A stretch of 64,000 bases of DNA, taken from a virus. Positions 40,397 to 49,851 of this stretch are shown here, in pieces. The notes under the pieces are model-generated. The model did no database searches and had not been told where the DNA came from. It saw nothing but the letters and a program-made list of their open reading frames with translations. Position 1 is the stretch's first letter. The number at the start of each line of letters is the position of its first letter. The position numbers were made by a program, and so were the translations under genes. The stretch covers positions 32,001 to 96,000 of IMG/VR virus record IMGVR_UViG_3300033153_013649; one strand, 5' to 3'.

Positions 40397-41320
40397 ATGA
40401 CATTTGCAAACAACTTCGTAGTAGTCATCAAATTTGATGGCAAATTCCATAGACCTGATGAAAACGGAAATGTTAAAATTCCTTTCGGAAAACCTTATTC
40501 AATTTACCTCAAAAATTTCGATTCAAGAGATGCTTGTGTTGATATTCTTATCGACGGAATTCCAATTGTAAAAGACACCGATATTTTTATTAAAGGAAAT
40601 TCTTCTGCTGATATAAAAGGATTTATTAATAAAAATGGAAAGGTTGAACATGAATTTGTTTTTGTTAAAAAAACAAAAGATAATATAAAAGTTGTAGGAG
40701 ACAGAGTAGAAGATGGAATTATTTCAGTTAATATTAGACACATGAAAAGGATTTCTGAAAAAATCGAAAAGATTCATAAAGTAATTGATTATGATTGGGA
40801 TGATATATTTGTCTGGCCGAGAAGATATTATCGAATATATTATCCTCATCCCTGGTGGCCTTCTTGGTGGAAATCACCTTATTTTACAACATATAGCGCT
40901 ACCTCTGAAATTGATTCTTCGTTTGTTTTAAATGATTCAGGTTCCCAAAAAGAGGATCCTTCTATTTTATATTCTTCTTCTTATTCTTCTTATAAAGATT
41001 CTAATGGGAATACTTTAAAAACTAAAGACGGAGAAATCACAGAGATGAAAGATGGAAATCCAACAAAGGGAGAAGGAATTACAGTTCGTGGAGACAAAAT
41101 AAACGAACAATTAGATAAAATTCGAATTGATGAAAACGATTTTGAGAATATTAGTACTACTATTAATATCAAATTGGTTGGGTTCGAACCTAAAGAACAG
41201 GAAAAGAAACCTAAAACAGTAAGACCGGAAAAAACACATAAAAAGATGTTTTGTCCTAATTGTGGTTTAAAAATTCGAACATATTATAAATTCTGTCCTG
41301 AATGTGGTTTAGATTTATAA
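40397..41320 (+). CDS. Hypothetical protein with a C-terminal zinc ribbon
   Basis: AGGAGG RBS; CPNCG...FCPECG. Confidence 0.7.
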   Translation: MTFANNFVVVIKFDGKFHRPDENGNVKIPFGKPYSIYLKNFDSRDACVDILIDGIPIVKDTDIFIKGNSSADIKGFINKNGKVEHEFVFVKKTKDNIKVVGDRVEDGIISVNIRHMKRISEKIEKIHKVIDYDWDDIFVWPRRYYRIYYPHPWWPSWWKSPYFTTYSATSEIDSSFVLNDSGSQKEDPSILYSSSYSSYKDSNGNTLKTKDGEITEMKDGNPTKGEGITVRGDKINEQLDKIRIDENDFENISTTINIKLVGFEPKEQEKKPKTVRPEKTHKKMFCPNCGLKIRTYYKFCPECGLDL

Positions 41321-41769
41321 ATACTTATGAAATGGAAAGCTTCGAAAGAAAAGATATGGGTGATTTAAATAATAATCAGTTTCAAAATCATAATCATCCA
41401 AAACATAAAAAAGAAGAATGTTTAATTTGTTCCTTAAAATGGGGTTTTCCCGAAGGAAAGGATCCTCTTAAACAATGTGATATTCTTTTTAATCTTCAAA
41501 AATTTGATAGAAGCTTTCCATTTAATATTCTTCGATGGACTGAATTAACCCCTATTAGAGTATTATGTATAGATATTATTTGGTATCCTAATTCTTTTAA
41601 AGCTGTGGGAATTTTTCCGATGTATTTTATTTTGAATTCGAAATTACCTGGTTATATTTCAGGGGAAGGAGATAGATTTCTTGGATTTCCTATGGGGGGT
41701 AGAAAAAAAGGATCAAATAATCTTGATAGATTTGATCCTTCTGATGATGGTGAAGATTGGAAAAAATAA
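41302..41769 (+). CDS. Hypothetical protein
   Basis: TATAAATA at 41316; the real start is likely a downstream ATG. Confidence 0.5.
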   Translation: MWFRFINTYEMESFERKDMGDLNNNQFQNHNHPKHKKEECLICSLKWGFPEGKDPLKQCDILFNLQKFDRSFPFNILRWTELTPIRVLCIDIIWYPNSFKAVGIFPMYFILNSKLPGYISGEGDRFLGFPMGGRKKGSNNLDRFDPSDDGEDWKK

Positions 41770-41774
41770 AGATG

Positions 41775-41803
41775 TTGACAAATACGAAATAATTTAGTAT
41801 ATT
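41775..41803 (+). promoter_or_regulatory. Sigma70-type promoter
   Basis: TTGACA-N17-TATATT; the spacer is identical to that of the promoter at 54243. Confidence 0.75.
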
Positions 41804-41838
41804 AAAATAAGAAAAATTAATTAAAGGGGATATTTTTT

Positions 41839-42054
41839 GTGAAAAAAGAAATAATCCGAATTCCTCGTAGACTTTACAAACCTCGTACTAAATTTAGACC
41901 TACTTTAGTACATCAAAGTGCAAAACAAAAAAAGTATAGAGAAATTGAACATATTCATTTAAAAGAAATAAGAAATGCTGAAGAGGAAAGATTAAGAGAA
42001 ACAGCTGAACTTGCAAGTCTATTAGATGATTATGATAGAGATTATAACGTTTAA
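41839..42054 (+). CDS. Hypothetical basic protein
   Basis: GTG start with an AGGGG RBS, downstream of a promoter. Confidence 0.5.
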   Translation: MKKEIIRIPRRLYKPRTKFRPTLVHQSAKQKKYREIEHIHLKEIRNAEEERLRETAELASLLDDYDRDYNV

Positions 42055-42073
42055 TATATAAGAAAAATAGATA

Positions 42074-42622
42074 ATGAAAATTCTTGTAAATAGCCTATTA
42101 TTTTATGGTATAATATTTGATGAAAATGTTATTTTTGAAGATGCTTTTGTATCTGAAGAGTCTTATCTTGATTATGAAGATTTCGTAGAGAAATGCCGAA
42201 AAAATGATGAATTTATTTATGAAAATTCTGATTTTCTAAAGATATATTGGTATCATAAATTAGGTTATAAATTCGAACGTTATTCGGAAATTTCTATTCC
42301 AGAGGATAAAGGAAAAATTACTTATGAATGTAAAAGAAAAATTGCAGAGAAATTTCTTAAAGAAACAGGGATTGCTTTTGATGTGTTTCGTATGAGTTTT
42401 GGCCCTGAAGGTTTAATTATTGGAATAAAAGATACCTTTCTTAGAGTAGATTCTGGTGATTCACCTATTGATATATTTAAAGAATTCAAAAAGAAAGAAA
42501 TTAATTTTCCGGGGGATCAAAAGAAAAAAACCTTTTGGAACAGTCAAATTAGGGACTTTTGTAATGTTATTGGTCTGAAATTTGTTCAACCGAAATGGTT
42601 ACTTACTTTATATTGTTATTAA
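42074..42622 (+). CDS. Hypothetical protein
   Basis: 182-aa ORF. Confidence 0.55.
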   Translation: MKILVNSLLFYGIIFDENVIFEDAFVSEESYLDYEDFVEKCRKNDEFIYENSDFLKIYWYHKLGYKFERYSEISIPEDKGKITYECKRKIAEKFLKETGIAFDVFRMSFGPEGLIIGIKDTFLRVDSGDSPIDIFKEFKKKEINFPGDQKKKTFWNSQIRDFCNVIGLKFVQPKWLLTLYCY

Positions 42623-42641
42623 AAGGAGAAAAATAGAAATT

Positions 42642-43103
42642 ATGTTAAAGGAGAAAGATTTAAACACTTATAGAGAAATTCTTAAAGTGTTTCAGAAAAG
42701 AAGTACTTGTAAATCTCTAAAAGTATCAGCAATAATTATTAAAGACGGTCGTATTATTTCAACTGGATGGAACGGAGTACCTTCTGGATTTAAACATTGT
42801 GAAGATAGAGATTGGTCTGATTGTAAAAATCATGATGAATGGAGAAGGAAGCATTTAGAATTCCAAAAGAAATATGAAACCCATGCCGAAATGAACGCGA
42901 TTGCGTTTGCTGCAAAAAATGGAATTAAAACCGAAGGATCTGTAATTTTTTCATCAATTTCTCCCTGTAATGATTGTGCAAAATTAATTCTTCAATCGGG
43001 TATTAAAGAGGTTTATTATATAAAAAAATATGATCGACCTGATTTTGATGGATTATCTTTGCTTAAAAAAGCGAAGATAAGATGTTATAAAATAGAAGAA
43101 TAA
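42642..43103 (+). CDS. cd: dCMP deaminase
   Basis: RSTC, ISTGWNG, HAEMNAI and SPCNDC motifs; ATG at 42642 with an AGGAG RBS. Confidence 0.93.
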   Translation: MLKEKDLNTYREILKVFQKRSTCKSLKVSAIIIKDGRIISTGWNGVPSGFKHCEDRDWSDCKNHDEWRRKHLEFQKKYETHAEMNAIAFAAKNGIKTEGSVIFSSISPCNDCAKLILQSGIKEVYYIKKYDRPDFDGLSLLKKAKIRCYKIEE

Positions 43104-43119
43104 TATTATTAAATTTATG

Positions 43120-43149
43120 TTGACAAACTATTTTTAAATTTAGTATATT
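43120..43149 (+). promoter_or_regulatory. Sigma70-type promoter heading the DNA-modification operon
   Basis: TTGACA-N18-TATATT. Confidence 0.7.
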
Positions 43150-43152
43150 TTA

Positions 43153-43425
43153 TTGAAGAGAAAAAATGGGAAATTCAGAATGAAACAATATCTTAAAAAT
43201 CTCATAAAAGAACAACAACAAAATTTTCTTTTTATTATAGGTCTTTGGATCGGTATAATTGTAGCAAGTATTATATTTAGAACTAGTTGGGAATATGTAG
43301 TAGTTTGCTTGATTGGATTTGTTTGTAATATTATGGCTATATTTGTTATTGCGTTTATTATAAAGGTTGTTGTATGGTTTTTGCAATGTATCTTTTTAAG
43401 GAAAAGAGGAAAAAATGAGTATTAG
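43153..43425 (+). CDS. Small 2-TM membrane protein
   Basis: Two hydrophobic segments. Confidence 0.55.
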   Translation: MKRKNGKFRMKQYLKNLIKEQQQNFLFIIGLWIGIIVASIIFRTSWEYVVVCLIGFVCNIMAIFVIAFIIKVVVWFLQCIFLRKRGKNEY

Positions 43426-44041
43426 TTGCTTTCTTTCTAATAATGTAATTATTTCTGTAATGGGGCCAAGAAATACAGGAAAATCAACTTTAGTAGAAGC
43501 TTTACGATTAAATACAGGTATTAAAGTTAGAAAATTTCCCTTTAAAGATTATGTTACAAAAATTTTAGACAGAAAATCAGCAGAAACCGGAGGATTTTCA
43601 CTAGGAAAAGATTTACAGCTTTATTCTTTAATTAGTGATGGTTTGATTAAAACCCCTCTTATTCTTGATCGAGGAGATTTTTTTACTTCTTCTGTATATG
43701 GACTTTTAGATCAACGAATTTCTAGAAAAGTAGCCATAGAACATATTGAATATATGACAGAAAAATTTTTTCTTAGAGGGGATCCGATACCCGTTTATTT
43801 TATTTATTGTGAAATAGATGAATGTGTACCAGGAAACGAAATTCCAGAGAGGATGAGGAAAGATTCTTGGGATGATATGAAAAATTGGAAAGAAGAATCA
43901 GATTTATATAAAGAGATGGTTGAGATTTTTGAAAATAAAGTTCAAGATAGAATAATTAGATATAAAAACAATTTCGAATTTGATGCTCTTCTAAATATAG
44001 TAGAAACTCTTAAAATGATCTTACCAAAAAATGAATACTAA
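43415..44041 (+). CDS. Nucleotide (dNMP/thymidylate-type) kinase
   Basis: MGPRNTGKST P-loop and ILDRG motif. Confidence 0.75.
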   Translation: MSISCFLSNNVIISVMGPRNTGKSTLVEALRLNTGIKVRKFPFKDYVTKILDRKSAETGGFSLGKDLQLYSLISDGLIKTPLILDRGDFFTSSVYGLLDQRISRKVAIEHIEYMTEKFFLRGDPIPVYFIYCEIDECVPGNEIPERMRKDSWDDMKNWKEESDLYKEMVEIFENKVQDRIIRYKNNFEFDALLNIVETLKMILPKNEY

Positions 44042-44708
44042 TGATTTTATTCCATACAAATATTTTGGATTAAAAGAAGCTTTTGAAGAAATATTTGAAA
44101 AACAGGGGAAATTGTTTTGGAAATATATAGCTTCAGAAACTTCTTATGAAATAAACTCTCCGAAAGATTTGGATTTTGATATTAATATTTATCAAGATCA
44201 ACAATTATTTAAAGATATGCTTCAAATTAGATTCACAGAAGAATTAACTGAAGCTACAGAAGATTTAAAACATTATGATCATTTTGAAGAAGAAATAATA
44301 GATGCTTTTAATTTTTTAGTTTCGACCTATATTCTTTATGGCTGGGGAATCAAAGATCTTAAAAAATGGAATTCTAATAAGAAAATATTATATACTAATC
44401 TTCGATATATTTCTTCTTATTCAGAAATTAAGTCTAAAGAATTTTTAATCAAATTAGAAAATGAATTAAAAATCAAGATGTATGAAATAATAAAAGCAGT
44501 AGGGGAAACGTGTAATCTTCTTAAAAATAGGCCTTGGCGGGGAACTCAATATCTTGTAGATTTATATAAATTCGAACCCAGATTTAGAAAAATATGGATA
44601 GAATTTAATGATTTATGTAATGAATTATTAATAAGTCCTAAACGATTATTTGAATTATGGTCTTTGAAATTTCAATGTAACTTGTATAGGATAGATACAA
44701 ACTATTAG
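44031..44708 (+). CDS. All-alpha NTP pyrophosphatase (dUTPase/dCTPase/MazG-like)
   Basis: EELTEA...EEIIDAFNF, LKNRPW and K...N..RI..NY motifs. Confidence 0.75.
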   Translation: MNTNDFIPYKYFGLKEAFEEIFEKQGKLFWKYIASETSYEINSPKDLDFDINIYQDQQLFKDMLQIRFTEELTEATEDLKHYDHFEEEIIDAFNFLVSTYILYGWGIKDLKKWNSNKKILYTNLRYISSYSEIKSKEFLIKLENELKIKMYEIIKAVGETCNLLKNRPWRGTQYLVDLYKFEPRFRKIWIEFNDLCNELLISPKRLFELWSLKFQCNLYRIDTNY

Positions 44709-44774
44709 TTTTACTTGTTTTTTAATCTATATTTAAAGTAAGATATTAATCCGAATTTACAAAGGAGAAATAAA

Positions 44775-46208
44775 ATGTGTGGTTTTGCTTTAATAAAAGC
44801 AAATATAGAAAAAGGAAATCTTATTCGTCATAGAGGCATAGAAAAATCTTCGGTTCCAATGAATTCAATTTGTGATAGCGATAAATTCATAGGATTAAGA
44901 GATTATTATATTGCTGTTCATCATCGTCTTCCTATTCAAACTATTGAAGGGGATGAATGGAAACAACCAATTGAAGTAGATGATAATGTTTGGATGATGT
45001 ATAATGGAGAAATATTTAATTATGATACTAATTATTATGAAAACGACGTACATTATTTAGTCGAATTTTTTAAAAATATTAATTGGCTAAAATTTTTTCT
45101 TGATAGTTATTACAGGAGAAGATTTCTTTTAGAGATAAATTCATGGGATGGATTTTGGTCTATTTTCTTAATTGATAGTAAAAATGGAATAACTGTAACT
45201 TTTACTGATCCTCTTGGAAAGAAACAACTTTATTATAATGATGATTTTGAATTTGCTTCTGAATTGAAACCTCTTATTATAGAAGACAGATGTAATTATG
45301 ATTTAATATTTAAATCTCAAATTGCAAAATGGGGTTATAATACAAACGAGAGAACCCCTTATAAAAATATTAAAAGGATATTACCAAATACGATTTATTT
45401 ATTTTTTTCAGGAAGAACAGATTTAATTACTACGATTCCGAATTATTATTCTTTTGAATCTAATAATATTACACCTTTTAGATTGAAAGCTCTTCTTGAA
45501 AAATCAGTAGAAAGAAGATTACTTTCTAAAAAATATAAAATAGGGGTTTTACTTTCTGGAGGATTAGATTCTTCTATAATAGCTACTATTCTAGAAAAAC
45601 GATTTGAAAAAACTGATGTTATATATTATTCTGTTGATAACGAAGAAAGAAAATATGTTGAAATTCTTCAAAAAGAATTAGGAATAAAGGTTAATTTCTT
45701 TGAATATAAAATAGAAGATTATGATCTTTATAATGTATATGTTAATGATTACGAATTTCCTATTGATCTTGGGTCTTGTATTCCTCAATTAAAATTATTT
45801 GAAAATATTAAAGAAAAAATTGTACTTTCTGGTGATGGAGCAGATGAATTATTTGGAGGTTATAGAAGAATTGATGAATATGATTCTCAAAGATCAGATA
45901 TATTTGATGAATTATCTTATTTTCATCTTCCTAGATTAGATCGAGCTTCAATGAAATATACTATTGAACTTAGGAATCCTTATCTTGGACATGATATAAT
46001 TCGCAAAGCTTTGAAATTACCGATAGAAGAAAGAAAAAATAAAGCAATTCTTAAAAAGGAATTTTCTAATGACCTTCCACCTGAAATAATTTTTAGAAAA
46101 AAACATCCTCTTAAAAATCCTGAAATTGTTAAGGATAAAATAGCTTATAGATTCAAAGTTTTAGAAGCCTTTTATGGAGAAAATAACGGAAGATATTTCA
46201 ATGTCTAA
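44775..46208 (+). CDS. Asparagine synthetase-like glutamine amidotransferase / amide ligase
   Basis: N-terminal MCG (Ntn Cys2), HRG, H.RLPI, YNGEIFN, D.LGKKQLY, LSGGLDSS, SGDGADELFGGY and E.RNPYL motifs. Confidence 0.92.
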   Translation: MCGFALIKANIEKGNLIRHRGIEKSSVPMNSICDSDKFIGLRDYYIAVHHRLPIQTIEGDEWKQPIEVDDNVWMMYNGEIFNYDTNYYENDVHYLVEFFKNINWLKFFLDSYYRRRFLLEINSWDGFWSIFLIDSKNGITVTFTDPLGKKQLYYNDDFEFASELKPLIIEDRCNYDLIFKSQIAKWGYNTNERTPYKNIKRILPNTIYLFFSGRTDLITTIPNYYSFESNNITPFRLKALLEKSVERRLLSKKYKIGVLLSGGLDSSIIATILEKRFEKTDVIYYSVDNEERKYVEILQKELGIKVNFFEYKIEDYDLYNVYVNDYEFPIDLGSCIPQLKLFENIKEKIVLSGDGADELFGGYRRIDEYDSQRSDIFDELSYFHLPRLDRASMKYTIELRNPYLGHDIIRKALKLPIEERKNKAILKKEFSNDLPPEIIFRKKHPLKNPEIVKDKIAYRFKVLEAFYGENNGRYFNV

Positions 46209-47205
46209 ATTTCGAAATGAAATAGGTATTACTGAAAAATTGAGAATGATTTCAGACGAAATTCCAAAGGATTATCATTGTACTTGTAAATATTGTTCTT
46301 CTGATAATTTTATTGGTGAAATATATGATTGGTCTATTAATAAGTATTATTCTCAATTAGCTAGAAATAAATATTACTTTCCTCTTTCAAAGGATATAAA
46401 AAAACATCTTTGTCCTGGACAGTGGCAAGGTTATCGTTGGGCAGTTCAAAATTTTACTGATTCCGGAGACTGGACTTTCGATCCAACTGTAGGAACAGGA
46501 ACCTCTATGATTGAATCGTTGATTCATAGAAGAAACGCAGTTGGAATAGAATTAGAATATTCTTCTATTACTAGAATGAATTTAAATCATATTTATAATA
46601 CAATTGGAAAATCTGTATCTTATAAAACAAATCCTCTTGGGGTTAGTCATCTTATTAATGGAAATGCTCGAGATTTGAAAAAGTTATTAATCGATCTTGA
46701 AAAAAGAATATTCGGAACTTTTAATTTTCGATTAATTATGAATGGACCTCCTTATCCAATATTATCAGGGAAAAATGTTTCTTCGGATGCGCCAGAGCGT
46801 AAGATTTTTAAAGATAAAAATGGCAAGAAAGTAACTAAAATATCAAATGCAAAATTAGAAAAAGATCAATCCTTTGATTATCAAAATCCAGATAATTTTG
46901 GATCTAAAAGGGGAGAAGAATATTGGAATTTTATTACTAAAATGTATCTTGATTGTATTCCATTTATGGTCAAAAAGGGGAAGATGGTAATAATTATTAA
47001 AGATCTAGTTAATAAGAAAAAACCTTATCTTCTTCATAAAAAGGTTATAGATAATATTTTAAATCAGACAGATTTACTTAAATATTATGGATGGTATATT
47101 CATAAGCATATTCCAAGAACTATGTTTATGAATACTTATCCAAAAAGATTCCCTGAAGTAAAAATTCCTTTATATCAAACGGCAATAGTATTGGAAAAAA
47201 TATGA
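46174..47205 (+). CDS. Amino (N4C/N6A) DNA methyltransferase-like protein
   Basis: FDPTVGTGT (motif I), GIELE, GNAR and NGPPY (motif IV variant). The alternative start at 46201 overlaps the asparagine synthetase stop. Confidence 0.7.
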   Translation: MEKITEDISMSKFRNEIGITEKLRMISDEIPKDYHCTCKYCSSDNFIGEIYDWSINKYYSQLARNKYYFPLSKDIKKHLCPGQWQGYRWAVQNFTDSGDWTFDPTVGTGTSMIESLIHRRNAVGIELEYSSITRMNLNHIYNTIGKSVSYKTNPLGVSHLINGNARDLKKLLIDLEKRIFGTFNFRLIMNGPPYPILSGKNVSSDAPERKIFKDKNGKKVTKISNAKLEKDQSFDYQNPDNFGSKRGEEYWNFITKMYLDCIPFMVKKGKMVIIIKDLVNKKKPYLLHKKVIDNILNQTDLLKYYGWYIHKHIPRTMFMNTYPKRFPEVKIPLYQTAIVLEKI

Positions 47206-48413
47206 AGATATTAGGAATTCATGCTGGTGTAGGATCGATGATAATTCCAGCTAAAGAATTAAGATTGAATATAGTAGGAAATATTGAACCTCGCCGAATA
47301 TTTCATTATGGAGAACCCTTTCAAAGGTATTTTAATGCCCCAATGTATAAGAACTTTGATGATGTTTTTGCATTTCAAAATCAAGATATTCATATTGTAA
47401 TTGGTCATCCGGAATGCGGAGACTTTTCTAATTTAAAAATTAAGAAAAGTAATACGTATACCGTAAATGATATACGTCAATGGATGAAGATGACGCAAAT
47501 TATTAACCCTTTATATTTTGTTATGGATAATCTTCCTGGGGCAATGGATAAAATTACAGCAAAAGAATGGAACAAAATGTTTCCCGATTATGATATTTTC
47601 TTTGAATATATTTCAAATTATGATTATGGAAACGTTCAAAGGAACAGAAATCGATTATTTGTTATTGGAGCAAAAAGATTTTTAAAATTCACTTTTATCC
47701 CAGGAGGAAATCTTAATAATCTTACAACTAAAGAGGTAATATCGGGTCTTACAGAAAAAGACAAAAATCACGTTTTTCTGAAACCTGACGATGATATTCG
47801 TGGTTGGTCAACTTATAATATTCCATTACCGAAATTTCGTAATATAATTTCTAGGAGGATTAAATTTAAGGAATTCCAAAAATATTTGAATAGTATTCCA
47901 AGTAGTGAATACAATAAGAAATTATGGTACATAAACAAAAAAAATGAAAAGAAGAAAAGACCTATTTTATTAGTTACTTTAGATAAACCTTCTTATCTTT
48001 TAACTGGATCTAGTGGATTTGATAATATTTGGATTGCTGTAGAAAATAGACCGTTTACGATTAGAGAAAAATTGAGGATTCAAGGAGCTCCGGATGATTT
48101 TGTTCTTTATCCAACTGAATATGATTCAGGGGGAATTGTTCGGATGAAACATAATATACAAGTTGGTAAATTTATGCCAGTTCAAGCTTGTAGATATATT
48201 TTAAATCAGATTATGATTAATTGGTATAAAGATTCTCCGATAGAAGAAAAAAAGCAAACTGAATTAGAAAAAAATTATTTCAGGAGAACTATTTTTTCTT
48301 CTTCAATTAACAAGGCGAAAAGAGAATATTGTAATATAACTAATTATACTGATCAAGATAAAGCTTGTAAGTTTTGTTGGCTTAAAAAAGGATGTGTAAT
48401 TAAATTACATTAA
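47202..48413 (+). CDS. Divergent DNA cytosine-C5 methyltransferase homolog, candidate carboxymethyltransferase
   Basis: Motif I HAGVG, IV GHPEC (Cys72), VI MDNL, VIII QRNRNRLF, IX FTIREKLRIQG.PDDF and X QVGKFMP (Lys323 where Asn is canonical). Confidence 0.8.
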   Translation: MKILGIHAGVGSMIIPAKELRLNIVGNIEPRRIFHYGEPFQRYFNAPMYKNFDDVFAFQNQDIHIVIGHPECGDFSNLKIKKSNTYTVNDIRQWMKMTQIINPLYFVMDNLPGAMDKITAKEWNKMFPDYDIFFEYISNYDYGNVQRNRNRLFVIGAKRFLKFTFIPGGNLNNLTTKEVISGLTEKDKNHVFLKPDDDIRGWSTYNIPLPKFRNIISRRIKFKEFQKYLNSIPSSEYNKKLWYINKKNEKKKRPILLVTLDKPSYLLTGSSGFDNIWIAVENRPFTIREKLRIQGAPDDFVLYPTEYDSGGIVRMKHNIQVGKFMPVQACRYILNQIMINWYKDSPIEEKKQTELEKNYFRRTIFSSSINKAKREYCNITNYTDQDKACKFCWLKKGCVIKLH

Positions 48414-48427
48414 AAGATATTTTTATA

Positions 48428-48456
48428 TTGACAAAATACATTTAATTTTGTATATT
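48428..48456 (+). promoter_or_regulatory. Sigma70-type promoter
   Basis: TTGACA-N17-TATATT. Confidence 0.75.
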
Positions 48457-48511
48457 ATAATTGATGAATAATAAACAAAAGAAGATGAAAAATTAATTTA
48501 GGGGAAAGATT

Positions 48512-48700
48512 ATGAATGAAAATATTATGAGAAAAGTTGGCTTTGGTGATGAAATGGATCTTATTAAAAAAGGTCAATGTCCGCTTTGTCATGAAAAAGT
48601 TGATGTGAAAAATTTCCGGGATGAACTTTCAGTACGAGAGTTTAAAATTTCGGGTCTATGCCAGAAATGTCAAGATGATATATTCGAAATAGGTGAATAA
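48512..48700 (+). CDS. Small Zn-finger protein
   Basis: CPLC...FRDELSVREFKISGLCQKCQD. Confidence 0.7.
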   Translation: MNENIMRKVGFGDEMDLIKKGQCPLCHEKVDVKNFRDELSVREFKISGLCQKCQDDIFEIGE

Positions 48701-48724
48701 TAAATAATTGGAGAATTTAAATAT

Positions 48725-49456
48725 ATGAGAATATTTCGTGATTGTGAAGAAATGATAAAAGAAATAGATCGAGAATTACTTGTTTGTGGTATATCTTGTC
48801 CCGTGAAACATTATCAGAATAAAAAACTTCATGGCGAAGATCAAATTACTAAAGAATTAATTGGTTTAGGGTTTGTGATTGGGAAGCCTTTAAAAAAACG
48901 AGATGAAATGATTAAATTCGTTTTTGGGGACGAATGGGAAAAAATTAAAGCTTATTGTGAACAAGAACATTTAGATCGAGTTTGTGGTAAGCCATTAAAT
49001 CCAGGGCATTCATATAAAATCCGTCAGGATATGTGGCAAAAGTTTATGATTAATGACGAAACAGCTTTTGATTATACTTATTCCGAGCGTATATATTGGC
49101 AGATAGAAAATGTTTTGGAAGCTTTAAAAGAAGATAAACATACCCGTCAAGCTGTTATTCAAGTTTTTCAAGCTCAGATTGATAATAAGAAATTCGGTGG
49201 AGACACTCGAATTCCTTGTTCAGTAGATTGGCAATTTTTAATTAGAAATAATCGTTTAAATGTTATTTATCACATGAGATCGAATGATTATTATGGTCAC
49301 TTTCCTATTGATATATATTTATCAGCTTCTTTGATGCAATATTTTCGATCAAGATTGTTGGATTTTTATCCAGATCTTAAAACAGGGGCTCTAACTTATT
49401 TTGCTGGCAGCTTACACGCATATAGTTGGGATTTAAAAGAACACGTTGTGTTTTAA
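48725..49456 (+). CDS. Thymidylate synthase-fold enzyme, probable dCMP hydroxymethylase/methylase
   Basis: YTYSER, TRQA, catalytic IPCS, MRSNDYYGHFPID (Asp at the TS Asn177 position) and GSLHAY. Confidence 0.8.
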   Translation: MRIFRDCEEMIKEIDRELLVCGISCPVKHYQNKKLHGEDQITKELIGLGFVIGKPLKKRDEMIKFVFGDEWEKIKAYCEQEHLDRVCGKPLNPGHSYKIRQDMWQKFMINDETAFDYTYSERIYWQIENVLEALKEDKHTRQAVIQVFQAQIDNKKFGGDTRIPCSVDWQFLIRNNRLNVIYHMRSNDYYGHFPIDIYLSASLMQYFRSRLLDFYPDLKTGALTYFAGSLHAYSWDLKEHVVF

Positions 49457-49850
49457 GAGGAGGAAATTTATAGTGAGAGTAATAATTGCTGGGAGTGAGT
49501 ATTATTTAGATGGAAGAGAATTTGACGATTATTTTTTCGTATCTAAAACTATAACTAAATCTCCATTTCGTCCTTATATTAAGGAAATAATAGTAGGAGG
49601 AGCAAAAGGAGTTGATTCTCTTGGTGAAAGATATGCTAGAGAACATTCTTTTAAACTTCGAATTATTGCAGCTGATTGGAATAAATATGGGAATAGTGCT
49701 GGGATGATAAGAAACAGAGAAATGGCTGAAAATGCTGATGCTTTAATTGCTATAAAATTACCCGATTCTAAAGAGATAGTTAATATGATTAAGGTTGCAG
49801 TAGATCATAATTTGCATATACTATCAATAACTTATAGGCTAGAAAAATAA
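49446..49850 (+). CDS. SLOG family (DUF2493/YspA-like) protein
   Basis: IIAGS, GGAKGVDSLGE.YA and ADWNKYG.SAGMIRN.EM motifs. Confidence 0.85.
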   Translation: MCFKRRKFIVRVIIAGSEYYLDGREFDDYFFVSKTITKSPFRPYIKEIIVGGAKGVDSLGERYAREHSFKLRIIAADWNKYGNSAGMIRNREMAENADALIAIKLPDSKEIVNMIKVAVDHNLHILSITYRLEK

Positions 49851-49851
49851 T

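Noticed and set aside
44775-46208. QueC / 7-deazaguanine pathway
   Set aside because: The protein has a full AsnB architecture, and no FolE, QueD, QueE or DpdA is visible in the window.
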